A program made the position numbers and the translations under genes. Positions 1 through 12,276 of a stretch of 64,000 bases of DNA are shown here, piece by piece (position 1 is the first letter of the stretch; every line of letters starts with the position of its first letter). The notes under the pieces are model-generated. The model ran no database searches. It had not been told where the DNA came from and was given only the letters and a program-made list of their open reading frames with translations. The stretch comes from Octopus sinensis (Eukaryota), in assembly GCF_006345805.1 (NCBI RefSeq), contig NC_043021.1:28396001-28460000 (forward strand), given 5' to 3'.

Positions 1-1160
1 AACAGCTTGATACAAGGCTAATTCGATTACTATTTCGGTTAGGAAGCCCTGAGTGTTCGCATTTCACAAGGTTTTGATTATAACGATATCATTATTCTCT
101 TAACTGATCGTGTGCTCTAATACTTGGGGAAAATCATACCACACAATCACACTTGCGCCTACGTACATACATACATACATACATACATACATACATACAT
201 ACATACATACAAACATACGTGTGTCCATCCGTACGTATGGTATTCAGCGCATTTGTGGGAGTTACATATCTATTTTGAAATGCCAGTTTGTTTAAGCTCC
301 ACCTGGCTTAACGTTTCGTAAATGCGTACGACACGTCCATCTCGTCTGACCAAACTTGAGCCTTGCGAAGCTGACTAAAACTAATAACGTATATATCGTT
401 TCCTTTTAAACAATTCTTCACGTTGTAGCTCCTTGCGTTTATGTTTTCTCAATGCCCCCCCCCCCTTGTGATCCAATGTGGAATCCCTATAAGTAGTCTG
501 GAAACATACTTGAAATAAATTTCAAATCTCTTCTCCATGACACCTCTCACACCTTTAAAAGAAGGACATAAAGTATCTCTGAAAAGACAGGATGATCGTG
601 GATGAAATTCTTTCATTATAATTTTGCCCTTTCCTGAGCTGACCAGGGGTTCAACGACAAACTTCTTTCTTTAATGAGCCAATGGAAATGGATTTCATGT
701 ACGTTGTTGTTGCTGTTTTCTTCATTCACAATATACAGCTGAGAAAACAGAGCTACAATTAAAACATTTCAAACGTGACCATGCAATGTTTTACCTTTAT
801 ACAATAATCTCAGGAATACGTTTTCCAAGTCTTCTTCTCTAAGACTGATGAAGTTATGATCTGAGGTATAACTGGTTTCTGTTTCTTGTTGCTCAAGCGA
901 CCATGTAGTTTTTTACTTCATGAGCAAGGCCTACGTGATTACATCATTGTGGTCGCTCTTAATGCTATACATACATACATACATGCATGCATACATACAT
1001 ACATACATACATACATACATTCATTCATTCATACATACATATGCTCGAAATGAGGAGTAGATAGACAGCCGGCAACTGATGAAGGGTCCTTCCTCTGTGG
1101 TTACTTATCCTGTTTTCCATTTTCTTCTCTCGTTGTTTACGTATATATTATATTGTCAAA

Positions 1161-1600
1161 CAAGTGTGGCGTCCCACACGGGACAGTGCTACTGACGTTT
1201 ATAGCCCCAGGAAGAGGTCTCTTCCAGCTGGCTAACGACACATATTCTGTGTCCGATTAGTATTTGCGAGGAGAGGTCATCGCTCCCATCCTAAGCTTTA
1301 CGTGATACACACGGACTCGAGTTTCTGGTTGGTTACCCGTCCTCAGCATGTGTTAATCACCAGCTAGTAATGAAAACTCACCCCACTCGCAAAATACTAT
1401 ATGCTTTTTCCAGCGACGAACCATCGCTGATCTCGAAAAAGGAGAAATAAGCTATATTAAATCTCTGAGAGTGATGTAAACAGTAGCAATACGAAATCGT
1501 GACAAGCAAATGCCAACCAAGTGTGGCGTCCTATACAGTGCCACTGACGTTTATAGCCAGCTGGAAGACATCTCTTCTAGCTGGCAAACGACACACATTC
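1161..1600. repeat. Unclassified interspersed repeat: two diverged tandem copies (1161-1290, 1461-1600), third copy at 61349-61530
   Basis: Shared CAAGTGTGGCGTCC...CTGACGTTTATAGCC...GGAAGA...CTCTTC..GCTGGC.AACGACACA motif; ATCTCTGAG..GATGTAAACAGTAGCA shared by 1461 and 61349. Confidence 0.6.
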
Positions 1601-1629
1601 TTAACAAAATAACCAGAGGTTTACCGCAT

Positions 1630-3090
1630 GGATAAATCAAGGACACGACAGAAAGAAAACAACAAGCGGAAATCTAACAAAACTTAGCATGCAGAAAAAT
1701 TCACGATAATATAACGAACGGTAAACAGGATAAAAACAATATACATGGATCTTCAGTCAGTGTCCGGAAAGTCCTTGCAGTTCCGCACATTTTTATCACT
1801 GAGACTGCTCGAATCCGGCAAGTGCCGGAAACTTAAGCTAAAAGCATTAAGCCTCTGGAAAAAAGCGAATTATTGAGTACAAGAACGGAAAAGAAAAGAA
1901 AGAAAGTTAGAATTCTACCCTTACAACAGATAAACGCCTTTCGGCTATACAAGAGAAGGAAAAAATTGTGCATTTACAAATGCAAATGAAAAATATAACA
2001 GAAAGGGTCTTTCGACTATCGGACAAACGTAACGTTGTGAAATAAGGGTGCAAGAACAAGAGAAAAAGAATTACATATATATAGAATGGACAAACGTCTT
2101 TCGGCTCTACAACAGAAGGAAAATAATTGTACAATCACATCAGTAACTGAGTGGTTCTTTCGACTATCAGACGAAGGTAGTAAGCTGGCGCAAAGAAAAA
2201 AATGAAAAATCTTAACAGACCGAGCGGTAGACCAGACGAACTCGATGGACTTGGACAGCGGCTGGTCGTACAAGGACGACGATGGCTTGGCCGGACAGCG
2301 ATCATGTAGTAGCAGAGGGAAAGAGTTGAAGAAGAGAGTGGAACTAAGGAATAAGAGAGAGGGAAAAAATCAGTAGAGAGGCAGAAGGAGAGAAAAAGTT
2401 ACAAGGGAGACAAGCGAGGAAGGAAAGCAAAAGGATTGAGGAATAAGAGGGAGAGGGAAAAGGACTAAGGAATACGAAAGAGGGAAAATGAAATCAGAGG
2501 GAGTGAGGACCGAGAGGGAGGGAAAGAGAGAAAGACAGAAACAGAAGGAAAGAAAAAGGAAGAAAAAAGAGGAAGGAAAGAGAGGGCAAGAGTGGTAGAT
2601 AATATACAAGAAATATATCCTTTTAACGAAGTAAACCACTTGTATGGCAGGGATAAATCAAGGTCAGGACAGAAAGAACGGAAGCGGAAAACTAACAAAA
2701 GAAAACACGATGAAAAATACACGATAACATAACAAAAGGTTAACAGGACAAAAATAAGATTCACGGATCATTCACAGCTGATTTTCTCTTCAGTCAGTGT
2801 CCGAAAAATCCTTGAACCGCCGAAAGGCGTTCGTCCGTTGCATATGTATAATTCTATCTTGGTTTTGTTTCCCTTCTTGTGTACATTTGTTTGCTTTTCC
2901 CAGAGGTTTAATACTTTTAGCTTAAGTCTCTGGCACTTGCCGGATTCGAGCAGTCTCGGTCATAAAAGAGTGCGGAACTACAAGGACTTTCCAGACACGG
3001 ATCATTCCCAGCCAGTTTCCTCTTCAGTCTGGGAATTCCTTGCAGTTCCGGTGTTTTGTTGGCTTTCCGCTTGAATTTTTCTGTCATACC
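1630..3090. mobile_element. Penelope-like rearranged repeat (partial direct plus inverted terminal units)
   Basis: 1630-1790 repeated directly at 2650-2815; 1755-1945 inverted at 2819-2998; 1633-1685 inverted at 3040-3090. Class inferred from architecture only. Confidence 0.45.
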
Positions 3091-3403
3091 CTTGATTTAC
3101 ACACACACACGCACACATACAAACACACACACACATACACACCCATGTATGTATATATATATAAGGTATAAGTTAGAGGTGTTGAAACCTCTAAGAGATA
3201 GATATATCCAGAGGCACCCCTGGTAATTATCTCAGTATATATGGTCCTCCTTATAATGTATACAGCAGTAGATAATTTAAAGGTAAACCGTAGTTTAATG
3301 TATATATAAACGATAAGAAAATAGAGAAATAAGTAACACTGAGAAGTGGATGTTTGGTGCTATAAAGCCATTATGTAATTAGTTAAGACGAGAGTTAGAG
3401 TGA

Positions 3404-3480
3404 GTTTACAGCTGTTTCCGTGTCTCAGGCTGAGGTAAATACGTATTTACCTCGTTGCAAATGGTAGACATCATCAGAAC
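3404..3480 (-). ncRNA. Candidate type I hammerhead ribozyme (left arm copy)
   Basis: Reverse complement reads GTT-CTGATGA-[long stem II]-GAAAC-AGCT-GTA-AAC. Confidence 0.5.
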
Positions 3481-3624
3481 GAAGAAAGCAAAGATAAACA
3501 AAAAGGAGGATAGAGCGAAATATACTGCGAGGAAGGTTGTTTATGGAAGACCAGCAGTCGCCCATTCATACTAACCTCCTCTCTACACACTCCATTCTCC
3601 TCTTTGTTTATCTTTGCCTTTTTT

Positions 3625-3701
3625 GTTCTGATGATGTCTACCATTTGCAACGAGGTAAATACATACTTACCTCAGCCTGAGACACGGAAACAGCTGTAAA
3701 C
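3625..3701 (+). ncRNA. Candidate type I hammerhead ribozyme (right arm copy)
   Basis: GTT-CTGATGA(3628-3634)...GAAAC(3687-3691)-AGCT-GTA-AAC; 3-bp stem I, palindromic stem III ACAGCTGT. Confidence 0.5.
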
Positions 3702-3877
3702 TCACTCTAACTCTCGTCTTAACTAATTACATAATGGCTTTATAGCACCAAACATCCACTTCTCACTGTTACTTATTTTTCTATTTTCTTATCGTCTATA
3801 TATGTATATATATATATATATATATATAAAGAGAGAGAGAGAGAGAGAGAGAGAGTGAGTGAGAGTGAGATACGTAT

Positions 3878-3910
<33 letters not shown>

Positions 3911-4533
3911 CATATATATATGTAGGAATGTATATGTATAATTGAGTATATATATATATATATATCGTTATCTGCCTCTTCCCGTAACTGTCTGTCTGTC
4001 TGTCTATCTATTCATCTATCCAATCTACTTATCTATCAAGTTTTCTACGTATTTCATATCCTGTTTATGCTCATCTTCTCCCATCACACTCTCTATCTCT
4101 ATCTCTCTCCTTCTCCCTCTATGTACCTACCTAACTCTCCGTTCATCCCTCTGTGTATCTCCGTATGACAACAAAGGTAATAATAATCTATAATTATTTA
4201 GACACTGTTTAATTGTTGACATATCTGTTAGTTTCCGCTGCTGCCGCCGCCACCGCTACGTAACTAGGAAACCTGCATGTTTGCTAACGTGTCTCTTGTC
4301 ACATTCTGCTGAACTTAATGAATGAGTGGACAGCAGAGAGCGGGCAGTGGACAGTTGAGGAGCTTACTGTTCTCTAACGTACATCAATATTTTGCAGAAT
4401 ATCGACCCGACACTAGCCGGAAGTTTAAATCAGAACGCACAGAGCTCTAGAAGTTTCTCGAACGGGCATTCTCTTCATTTTCTTGAAGAAGATTTCATCA
4501 CTACTGCCGTGCATCAATCCATCCATCCATCCG

Positions 4534-4564
<31 letters not shown>

Positions 4565-6207
4565 GTCCATCCATCCATCCATCCATCCATCCATACATAC
4601 ATACATACGTACGTACGTACATACATACATACATACATACATACATACATACATACATACATACATACATGGACTGCTGTCGTTATTTCTCTTTTTGTTG
4701 TTTTTATTGTTGTTTCACTAAATTAGTATAACCGCAGTTCAAATCGAAAAGCACCTAGAATATTTTCGACCGAAAATTCTCTTTCTCATCGTATTCTCAT
4801 GGTTGCTGCCGTTGGTTTTCCTTTTAATAACAAGTTCGTCTTAAAGTTGCTCTCATCGATTTTCTTATTATTTTCACTGTCGTTGTTGTCTACTATCAGG
4901 TTATTCCCTAAATTAACACACCTATGACCTGTAGGTAATAACCTGTACGACGGAGTGTAACAGTCGGAAACATATTTCAAAACAAACCACGCCTTCAGTT
5001 AATGGATAAAACATGCATTCAATTAAGTTCTGATTGTTGACACAATAGAAGCAGACGAAATGAACTTAATCAAAAACAACAGATTTTGGTCCTCTGCGAC
5101 TTTTTTAATGTCAGTGTACATTGCAGTACAGTTTTGGTGAATTAATTAAATAAATAATAGTTCTACTACTTTTAAGTACTTGTGTATGTTGCGTGTTAGC
5201 AAGCCACAAGGGGTGGGGGTGGGGTATATTGTTCGCAGTATGGTATTGCCGTTGTATTCTGGTGTGTAATGGCAGTATTTGAAAAATGGTAATAAGCGTA
5301 GTTCCAAGGACTATGAGAACCGTTGCTCATGCTGGTTTTGTTATTGTGGTCAAGCAATATTTCCCAGGTCGGCCAATATTTAAACATATTATTAGGGGAA
5401 GTGTTAGGAGAAGTGTTCGGGTTCCAGATTTTTCTTCAGACATTTCAGAGTGAACTAATTTTCCCGAGTTTTCATTTTCTTAAAAACCTTAAGTATGTTA
5501 GTTGCGTGAGATCTAGTTTGAATATCCAGTCGATCCCAGTGCAAAAATTCCTTCACGGGTACATTGCCGTCAGCGCCGTTGTGGCTGATAATTTTCTTCT
5601 CTTAGACACAAGCGAGTTCTCAATGCTCAAACTTGTGGTAAATGTCATTCTGGAAATAACCATCTCATCGATTTTACAGAAATTAATTATCAGGTTTGTC
5701 ATTTTTCAAAATCGTTATGCTTAAGGAAATGTTGAAATTACTTTATTGCATTGGTTTTGTTTAGCACCAGTTTCACATTAACTAAGAATTCCTATATTCA
5801 AAGATATTCCAAACATTACAACCCCGCGACCTATGTGCACGGAACACAGGACCACATAATCCAAAGTTATCTCTAGAATAGGATACGATAGATATTTTGC
5901 TGCTAATTCTAGGAGAGCAAGTTACGAAGTGAGAGTAGCTCAGTGGCTTGGAAGATGTCGGTTGCGGAGACTGACAATGTTTAAATTGTACTGTGAAATC
6001 TGGGGAGTAGTGTTATCTTGATGAGAATAACTAATTTTAACATTAAAAAGTTTGAAGAGTTTGTTCTAATCAATGGTAATTTTACATGATATCTTACTAA
6101 GGAGATAAAGACATCTGGTTATTACTACTGAAGTATATATGCACTGACTAACACACACATATGCTCAACCCATACATTCTTCCCACAAACACTCCCTACA
6201 CACACTG

Positions 6208-6243
<36 letters not shown>

Positions 6244-6514
6244 CCCCCCACACATGTTTTTATGCATATGTATGTGTATGGATGTACGTAAGTGCGCATT
6301 ATATATAAATATGAATAACATATTTTTCCTCAGTTCAAATTCATTCAAACTTTTCGTTTTATCTTTGAAGTATTTTTAATCTAAAATATTGTAAGGGCTT
6401 CATTGTCAATCTTCTGTAGGTTTCCTTCGAGAATAAAGTCATTTGATGTGATTGAGGCCTAAAGCAATTCACATAATGTGTGTGACAACAGCTTTGAAAA
6501 CAGATACACATATA

Positions 6515-6892
6515 TTCTTTTATCCTTTTACTTATGTCAGTCATTTTACTGCGGCCATGCTGGATCATCACCTCGAGGAGTTTTAGTCGAACAAATCGAT
6601 GCCAGGATATATTTCATAAACCTATTATTTATCTTTCAACCTCTTTTGCTGAACCATTATGTTAGTGGAAGGAAGCACACCAACACCGGTTGTTAATCGA
6701 TTTTAGGGGGACAAACACAGACACAAAGGCATAGAAAGAAATATACATATATATACGATGGGCTTCTTTCAGTTTCCGCCTGCCGAATTTATTCACGAGG
6801 CTTCGGTCTGCCCAAGTTGCCATGCAGTGGCACTGAATCGGGAACCATGTGGTCAGGAAGAAAGCTCCTTACCACACAGCTACACCTGCGCC
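6515..6892 (-). mobile_element. tRNA-derived SINE, family A
   Basis: Reverse complement has the GGCGCAGG..GCTGTGTGGTAAG head, GGAAACTGAAAGAAGCCC body and CCAGCATGGCCGCAGT..ATGACTGA tail, as at 61585. Confidence 0.8.
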
Positions 6893-6916
6893 TATACATA
6901 TATATATATATATATG

Positions 6917-6954
<38 letters not shown>

Positions 6955-6957
<3 letters not shown>

Positions 6958-7419
6958 TGATTCGTTAGCTACTGCACGCATTTTTTTCTCTCCTCTTTCT
7001 GTGTTTTTCTCTCTCTGTGTATCTTTCTGTTGAAGAGCATAGGCTCGAAACGTTAAAGACTTGTTTTATTTATATTTCCTGAGCGCCATACTAATACAAT
7101 TGTTCGTTTGTTTTCCACCTGCCTTCGTCTTTTGTTTATTTTCATAAAGCTTCCCGTTATATATATATATATATATAATATATATATATATATTATATAT
7201 GTATGTATGTATGTACATATATTTATATATGTGTGTGAGCATGTACGTACATGTGTGTGTGTATGGAATTTACAAAAAAAAACAAAAAGACGAAGACAGG
7301 TGTGTAAGCAACAAACAGGTGTATTAGTTTAACGCTCGGGAAGGTGAGAAAGTTTTTTTATTTTTCGAGTCTACGCTTTTAACAGAAAGGAACTCGAGAA
7401 AATAAACAGAGGGAGAATA

Positions 7420-7420
<1 letters not shown>
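6955..7420. mobile_element. Inverted pair of Penelope-like terminal units separated by TA/TATG microsatellite
   Basis: 6955-7160 (+) and 7262-7420 (-) are diverged inverted copies; related to 19305-19530 and 37540-37661. Confidence 0.6.
7022..7059 (+). ncRNA. Decayed minimal hammerhead motif (A6U)
   Basis: TCTTT-CTGTTGA-A-GAGC-ATAG-GCTC-GAAAC-GTT-AAAGA; 5-bp stem I, 4-bp stem II. Confidence 0.55.
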
Positions 7421-7467
<47 letters not shown>

Positions 7468-7732
7468 CATGATCACTTAGACATAGCTGGCTGATGCGTA
7501 TGAGCTGATAGTTTCTAAAACATTTTCGCGTATTGTTTTAGGTGTGATTACTTTGGAGCTTTTCACTTCCTTTACAGCAATATCCATAACAAGAAAGCAT
7601 TTCTATTTTCCTGATTTGAAAGCCATCGATGAACCTCGGCCTCTGATTCACGTCCCAACTCGGGAATTCGCTGACTTAACGTTAAACATCTTTAAAGCAA
7701 ACGCAGCAAAAGGTTAATCTTTTATAATGAAA

Positions 7733-8095
7733 CTAGCACTATGACCCGGCAACGCCGGGTCGTAATGCTAGTGCATGCATATACAGCTGGGTGCGTGCAC
7801 ACATGCACGCGAGTACTGTCCAAATCTCCGACCAATCACATACAGCCAGCCGGCATTCAATTGGCGTATCAAGTTTCGGGCATTCTAATTGGATTTTGGA
7901 TAGAAAATTCACAAAAAAGTCATTTCTATTGGTTTTTTAATGGCTTTACCCAGGGGTGACTGGGGAAATATAAAGATGTGCACGACCACCCTTGGACGGT
8001 TGTGAATGACCATAGAAAGTGCGAGCCCTCTAACTAAAAAATTGTGGATTTGTATAAAGGACACACAGACATTTAACCGTTTATATATATAGAGA
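7733..8095 (-). mobile_element. Non-autonomous Helitron, ~363 bp
   Basis: Minus strand starts A|TCTCTATATATATAAACGG and ends with hairpin GACCCGGC-GTT-GCCGGGTC then CTAG|T. Confidence 0.75.
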
Positions 8096-8515
8096 TGACA
8101 TCGACAGCTTAATTAAGATTTTTAGTTGAAACCTGGGTCTACTGTATAGGTTTCAACAAGACTGCTTGTAGACCACATCTACGAATGTAAGCAGAACATA
8201 TTTTTCGTGTAAATAGCAAAAATTATGGTTCCTATGTTAAATTTATCACTCAGGCTGGTATGTATATTTGAATGTTGGTATCTTAAAGTCAATTGAAGCA
8301 GCAAACATATTTAACAAAGTTAAAGGAAAGATTGAAGAAAATACTTAATAGTCGGGTAATTTAAAATTCTGTACAATGGAATTATGAGAGATATGCTAAG
8401 AGGAGGTCCAATCAGTAGAACTTTTTTAATTAATCACTCTACTTTTTGCAACATACATATGTTCACACACGCACAGACACATACACACACACGCACATGC
8501 ATCTTCCACACACAC

Positions 8516-9595
8516 TCACATGCTCATGCACGCGCGCACAGTGACACATATGTATGTGTGTATGTTATGATGTATGTATGTATGTATGTGTGTATGTAAG
8601 TATATATGTAAGTATGTATGTATGTTTGTAAGTATGTATGTATGTAAGTATGTATGTATGTGTGTATGTATGTATGTGTGTATGTATGTAAGCATGTGTG
8701 TATGCATGTATGTAAGTGTGTATGTATGTATGTGTGTATGTATGTATGTGTGTATGTATGTATGTGTGTATGTATGTATGTATGTATGTATGTATGTATG
8801 TATGTATGTATGTATGCATGTATGTATGTAAGTAAGTATGTATGTAAGTATATATGTATGTATGTATGTAATGTATGTGTGTATGTATATGTATGTGTGT
8901 ATGTATGTATGTATGTGATGTAAGTATATGTATGTGTGTGTATGTATGTATGTATGTATTGTAGGTGGTATGTAGTATGTATGTATGTATATGTGTATGT
9001 TTGTATGTATGTATGATGTATGTATGTAGTATGCATGTATGGATGTAAGTGTATGTATGTAAGTATATATGTATGTATGTGTATGTATGTATGTATGTGT
9101 GTATGTATGATGTATGTATGTGTGTATGTATGTGTTAGTATGTATGTAAGTATGTATGGTATGTGTATGTATGTATGTATGTATGTGTGTATGTGGTATG
9201 TATGTATGTATGTTAGTATATGTGTATGTTGTATGTATGTATGTATGTATGTATGTATGTATGTATGTATGGTGTAGTATGTAAGTAAGTATGTATGTAT
9301 GTAGTGTGTGTATGTATGTATGTAGTATGTATGTATGGTGTATGTTGGTATGTATGTATGTATGTATGTTTATGTATGTATGTATGTAGTATGTAAGTGT
9401 AAGTATGTATGTATGTATGTATGTATGTATGTATTGGTTGTAATGTATGTAAGTAGTATGTAGTATTATGGTGTATGTATGTATGTATGTGGTATGTATG
9501 TATGTATGTATGTATGTAAGTAAGTATGTATGTATGTCTGTATGTATGTATGTATGTATGTGTGTATGTATGTATGTACGTAAGTATGTAAGCAC
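8516..9595. repeat. ~1.1-kb degenerate (TATG)n microsatellite
   Basis: Directly visible; explains the HT/YI/VC-repeat ORFs. Confidence 0.95.
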
Positions 9596-9679
9596 AAGAC
9601 TTAATCTTCAGATGTTACAAAATGAACTTCATTCCCAAGAATTCATTGCATAGTATTTGACAAATTTTTCTTCAGCATC

Positions 9680-10047
9680 TTTATCATCATCATCATCATC
9701 TTCTTCTTCTTCTTCTTCTTCTTCTTCTTCTTCTTCTTCTTTTCTTCTTCTTCTCCTTCTCCTTCTTCTTCTCCTTCTCCTTCTCCTTCTTCTTCTTCTT
9801 CTTCTTCTCCTTCTCCTTCTTCTTCTTCTTCTTCTTCTTCTCCTTCTCCTTCTCCTTCTTCTTCTTCTTCTTCTTCTTCTCCTTTTCTTCTTCTTCTTCT
9901 TCTCTTCTTTCCTTCTCCTTCTTCTTCTTATTCTTCTTCTTCTTCCTTCTTCTCTTCTTTCCTCTTCTTCGTCTTCTTCTTCTTCTCTTCTTTTCTTCTT
10001 CTCCTTCTTCTTCTTCTTCTCCTTCTTCTTCTTCTTCTTCTTCTTCT
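9680..10047. repeat. (TCA)n then (TTC/CTC)n polypyrimidine tract
   Basis: Directly visible; explains the poly-L/R/E/K ORFs. Confidence 0.95.
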
Positions 10048-10049
10048 TG

Positions 10050-10453
10050 TGGCTGCGTGGAAAGAAGTTTGCTTCCCATTCACTTTGATCCTGGTTCAAT
10101 TTCACTGTTTGGCAACTTGGAAAAGTGTCTTCAAATATATATTTGGACGGACCAAAATCTTGTGAGTGGACTTGTTAGACAGAAACTGAAGGAAGACGAA
10201 TGTGCATATATGTATGTGTGTATGTGTGTGTGTGTATCTTTTTATCTGTATTTGTCTCCCCTCCGCTTGACAACCGGTATTGGTGTGTTTACGTCCCCGT
10301 AAATTAGCAATTCGGCAAAAGAGTCCGATTGAATAAGTATCAGGCTTAAAAAGAATAAGTACCGGTGTCGATCCATTCGAATAAAATTCTACAAGGCGTT
10401 GCTCCAGCATGGCCGCAGTGTAATGACTGAAACAAGTAAAGCTAAATGATAAA
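10050..10453 (+). mobile_element. tRNA-derived SINE, family A (diverged)
   Basis: Head GGCTGCGTGG..., CTTGTGAGTGGA...GAAACTGAA body, CCAGCATGGCCGCAGT tail. Confidence 0.75.
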
Positions 10454-10609
10454 ATATGTATGTATCTGCACATCGGTATGTGTGCGTGTGTGAGTGTGCT
10501 TTACGTATCTGCGTATGTACGACGCGTTAAGCATTTGCTTCCGCTTTCAATGTTCATAGTTCCGCCTAGCATTGAACCCATGCTTATGGCATATCATATG
10601 TGATAGGCA

Positions 10610-10877
10610 CAGGCACAACCACTACCGCCACCACGACCACAACAGCAACAACGATAACACTAAGATCAGCAACAGAAGAAGAATGAGGAGGAGGAGGAGA
10701 AGAAAAAGAAGATGATGATGAAGGAAAAGGAGAAGAAAAAGAAGGAAGAGAAGAAAAAGAAGAAAAAGAAAGAAGAGAAGAAAAAGAAGAAAAAGAATTA
10801 GTAGTAGTAGTAGTAGTAGTAGCAGTAGTAGTAGTAGTAGCATTAGTAGCAGTAGTAGTGGTAGTAGTAGTAGTAGT

Positions 10878-10917
<40 letters not shown>

Positions 10918-11090
10918 AAGAAGAAGAAGATGAAGGAAAAGGAGGAGACGAAGACGAAGAAGAAGAAGAAGAAGAAAGAAGAAGAAAAAGAAGAAGAAGA
11001 AGAAGAAGAAGAAGAAGAAGAAGAAGAAGAAGGAGGGGAGGAGGAGAGGAGGAGGAGGAGGAGGAGGAGGAGAAGGAGGAGGAGAGTCAT
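10610..11090. repeat. Mosaic trinucleotide tract (ACC/AAC/GAG/GAA/GTA/GGA)
   Basis: Directly visible. Confidence 0.9.
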
Positions 11091-11446
11091 CCGCATATCT
11101 TTTCCTCCGCTTCACTTCCACTGATCTATCTTTCCCTCTACGTAATTGTGGTTGGTGTGCAATAATCAGATACAACTTTTAGAAACGTGACAGTTGGATC
11201 GCGTATTTAATGGAGTTTTATTGTTTGCAAACCATATCTTAGTCGTTGATTCTAATTGTCATTTTCCAAGGTCATTTTTGCCTAATCAGAGACATTTTTT
11301 TTTACTTCTTTTGTTTTTACTCTCGTTTGAAATATATTCATTATTTTATTTCGTCAGCATAAGATGATATATCATTTCGTTTTCAAAGAGCTGCCCTTCT
11401 CCGTATATCATCAATCATATATCATAAGGAGATAACAGCAGTTTAA

Positions 11447-11569
11447 CGCTTGCACTTAACTATATGCTCTTCCTACAGTAGGCATCTGAAAGGTAGTATT
11501 TAAATATTACCTTTGAGATATTTTTCAGAGATGCCTTCTGTACGAAGGACATACAGTTAAGTGTGAGTG
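11447..11569 (+). other. Long imperfect hairpin in unique sequence
   Basis: 11447-11487 pairs with 11529-11569; inner palindrome AAAGGTAGTATTT/AAATATTACCTTT. Confidence 0.7.
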
Positions 11570-11855
11570 AAGATACATTTACCGTCACATACTTTTTGGT
11601 GTCTATGCATTATATATGATAAACTTTGCTAATTGCTTTTAGCTACCAGACTAATTTGGGACATATGAAAGGAAAACTTTATATTACTCAGAACGTATCA
11701 AACAAGAGCAGACTAAAAGTCTGATAACAAGTAAAGGTGTTTAGGTAAAATGCTTTGGGCAGGCAAAGGGTTAATCTAATCAGTTACAAACACCCGGATT
11801 AAAAGTCATCGACGTAACCTTTTATTTCTAGCTATTTTGAAATCATTATACAATT

Positions 11856-12276
11856 GGCGCAGGCGTGTGTGTGTAGCAAGATGCTTGCTTCCCAACCATA
11901 TGGTTCCTAGTTCAGTCCCACTGCGAGGCACCTCGGACAAGCGTTTTCTTCTATAACCTCGGGCCAACCAAAGCAACGTTTGGTGGATTTGGCAGACGGA
12001 AACTGAAAGAAGCTTGTCGTATACACACACACACACATATATATGTATATGTATGTGTGTGGGTGGGTAGGTGTGTACCACACCACCGCTTACCGACCGG
12101 TGTTCGTGTGTTTATATCCTCGTAGTTTAGCAGTTCGGCAAAAGAGAGAGAATAAGCAACAGGCTTATAAAGAAGATAAGTACTTGGGTCGGTTAGTTGA
12201 ACTAAAACACTTCGAGGTGCTGCCCAAAAATGGTCTCAGTCAGATGACTGAAACAAGTATACGATGCAAAGATAAA
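11856..12276 (+). mobile_element. tRNA-derived SINE, family A
   Basis: GGCGCAGG head, GTTCAGTCCCACTGCG B-box region, GACGGAAACTGAAAGAAGC body, ATGACTGAAACAAGT tail. Confidence 0.8.

Larger units (their letters stand above)
3300..3803. mobile_element. Fold-back element, ~210-bp inverted arms, ~85-bp spacer, TA-rich flanks
   Basis: 3300-3509 is the near-exact reverse complement of 3596-3803. Confidence 0.85.

Noticed and set aside
845-885. CTGATGA followed by a 6-bp stem (AGTTAT/ATAACT)
   Set aside because: No GAAA after the stem; at most a ruined hammerhead.
4398-4510. Possible exon after a TTTGCAG acceptor
   Set aside because: No recognisable protein similarity or donor site; runs into a microsatellite.
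5209-5224. G-quadruplex candidates here and at 56090-56108
   Set aside because: Only three runs of three or more G in each.
5323-5724. 133-aa non-repetitive ORF
   Set aside because: No motif on either strand; the opposite strand has stops in all frames. Could be decayed TE; needs blastx.
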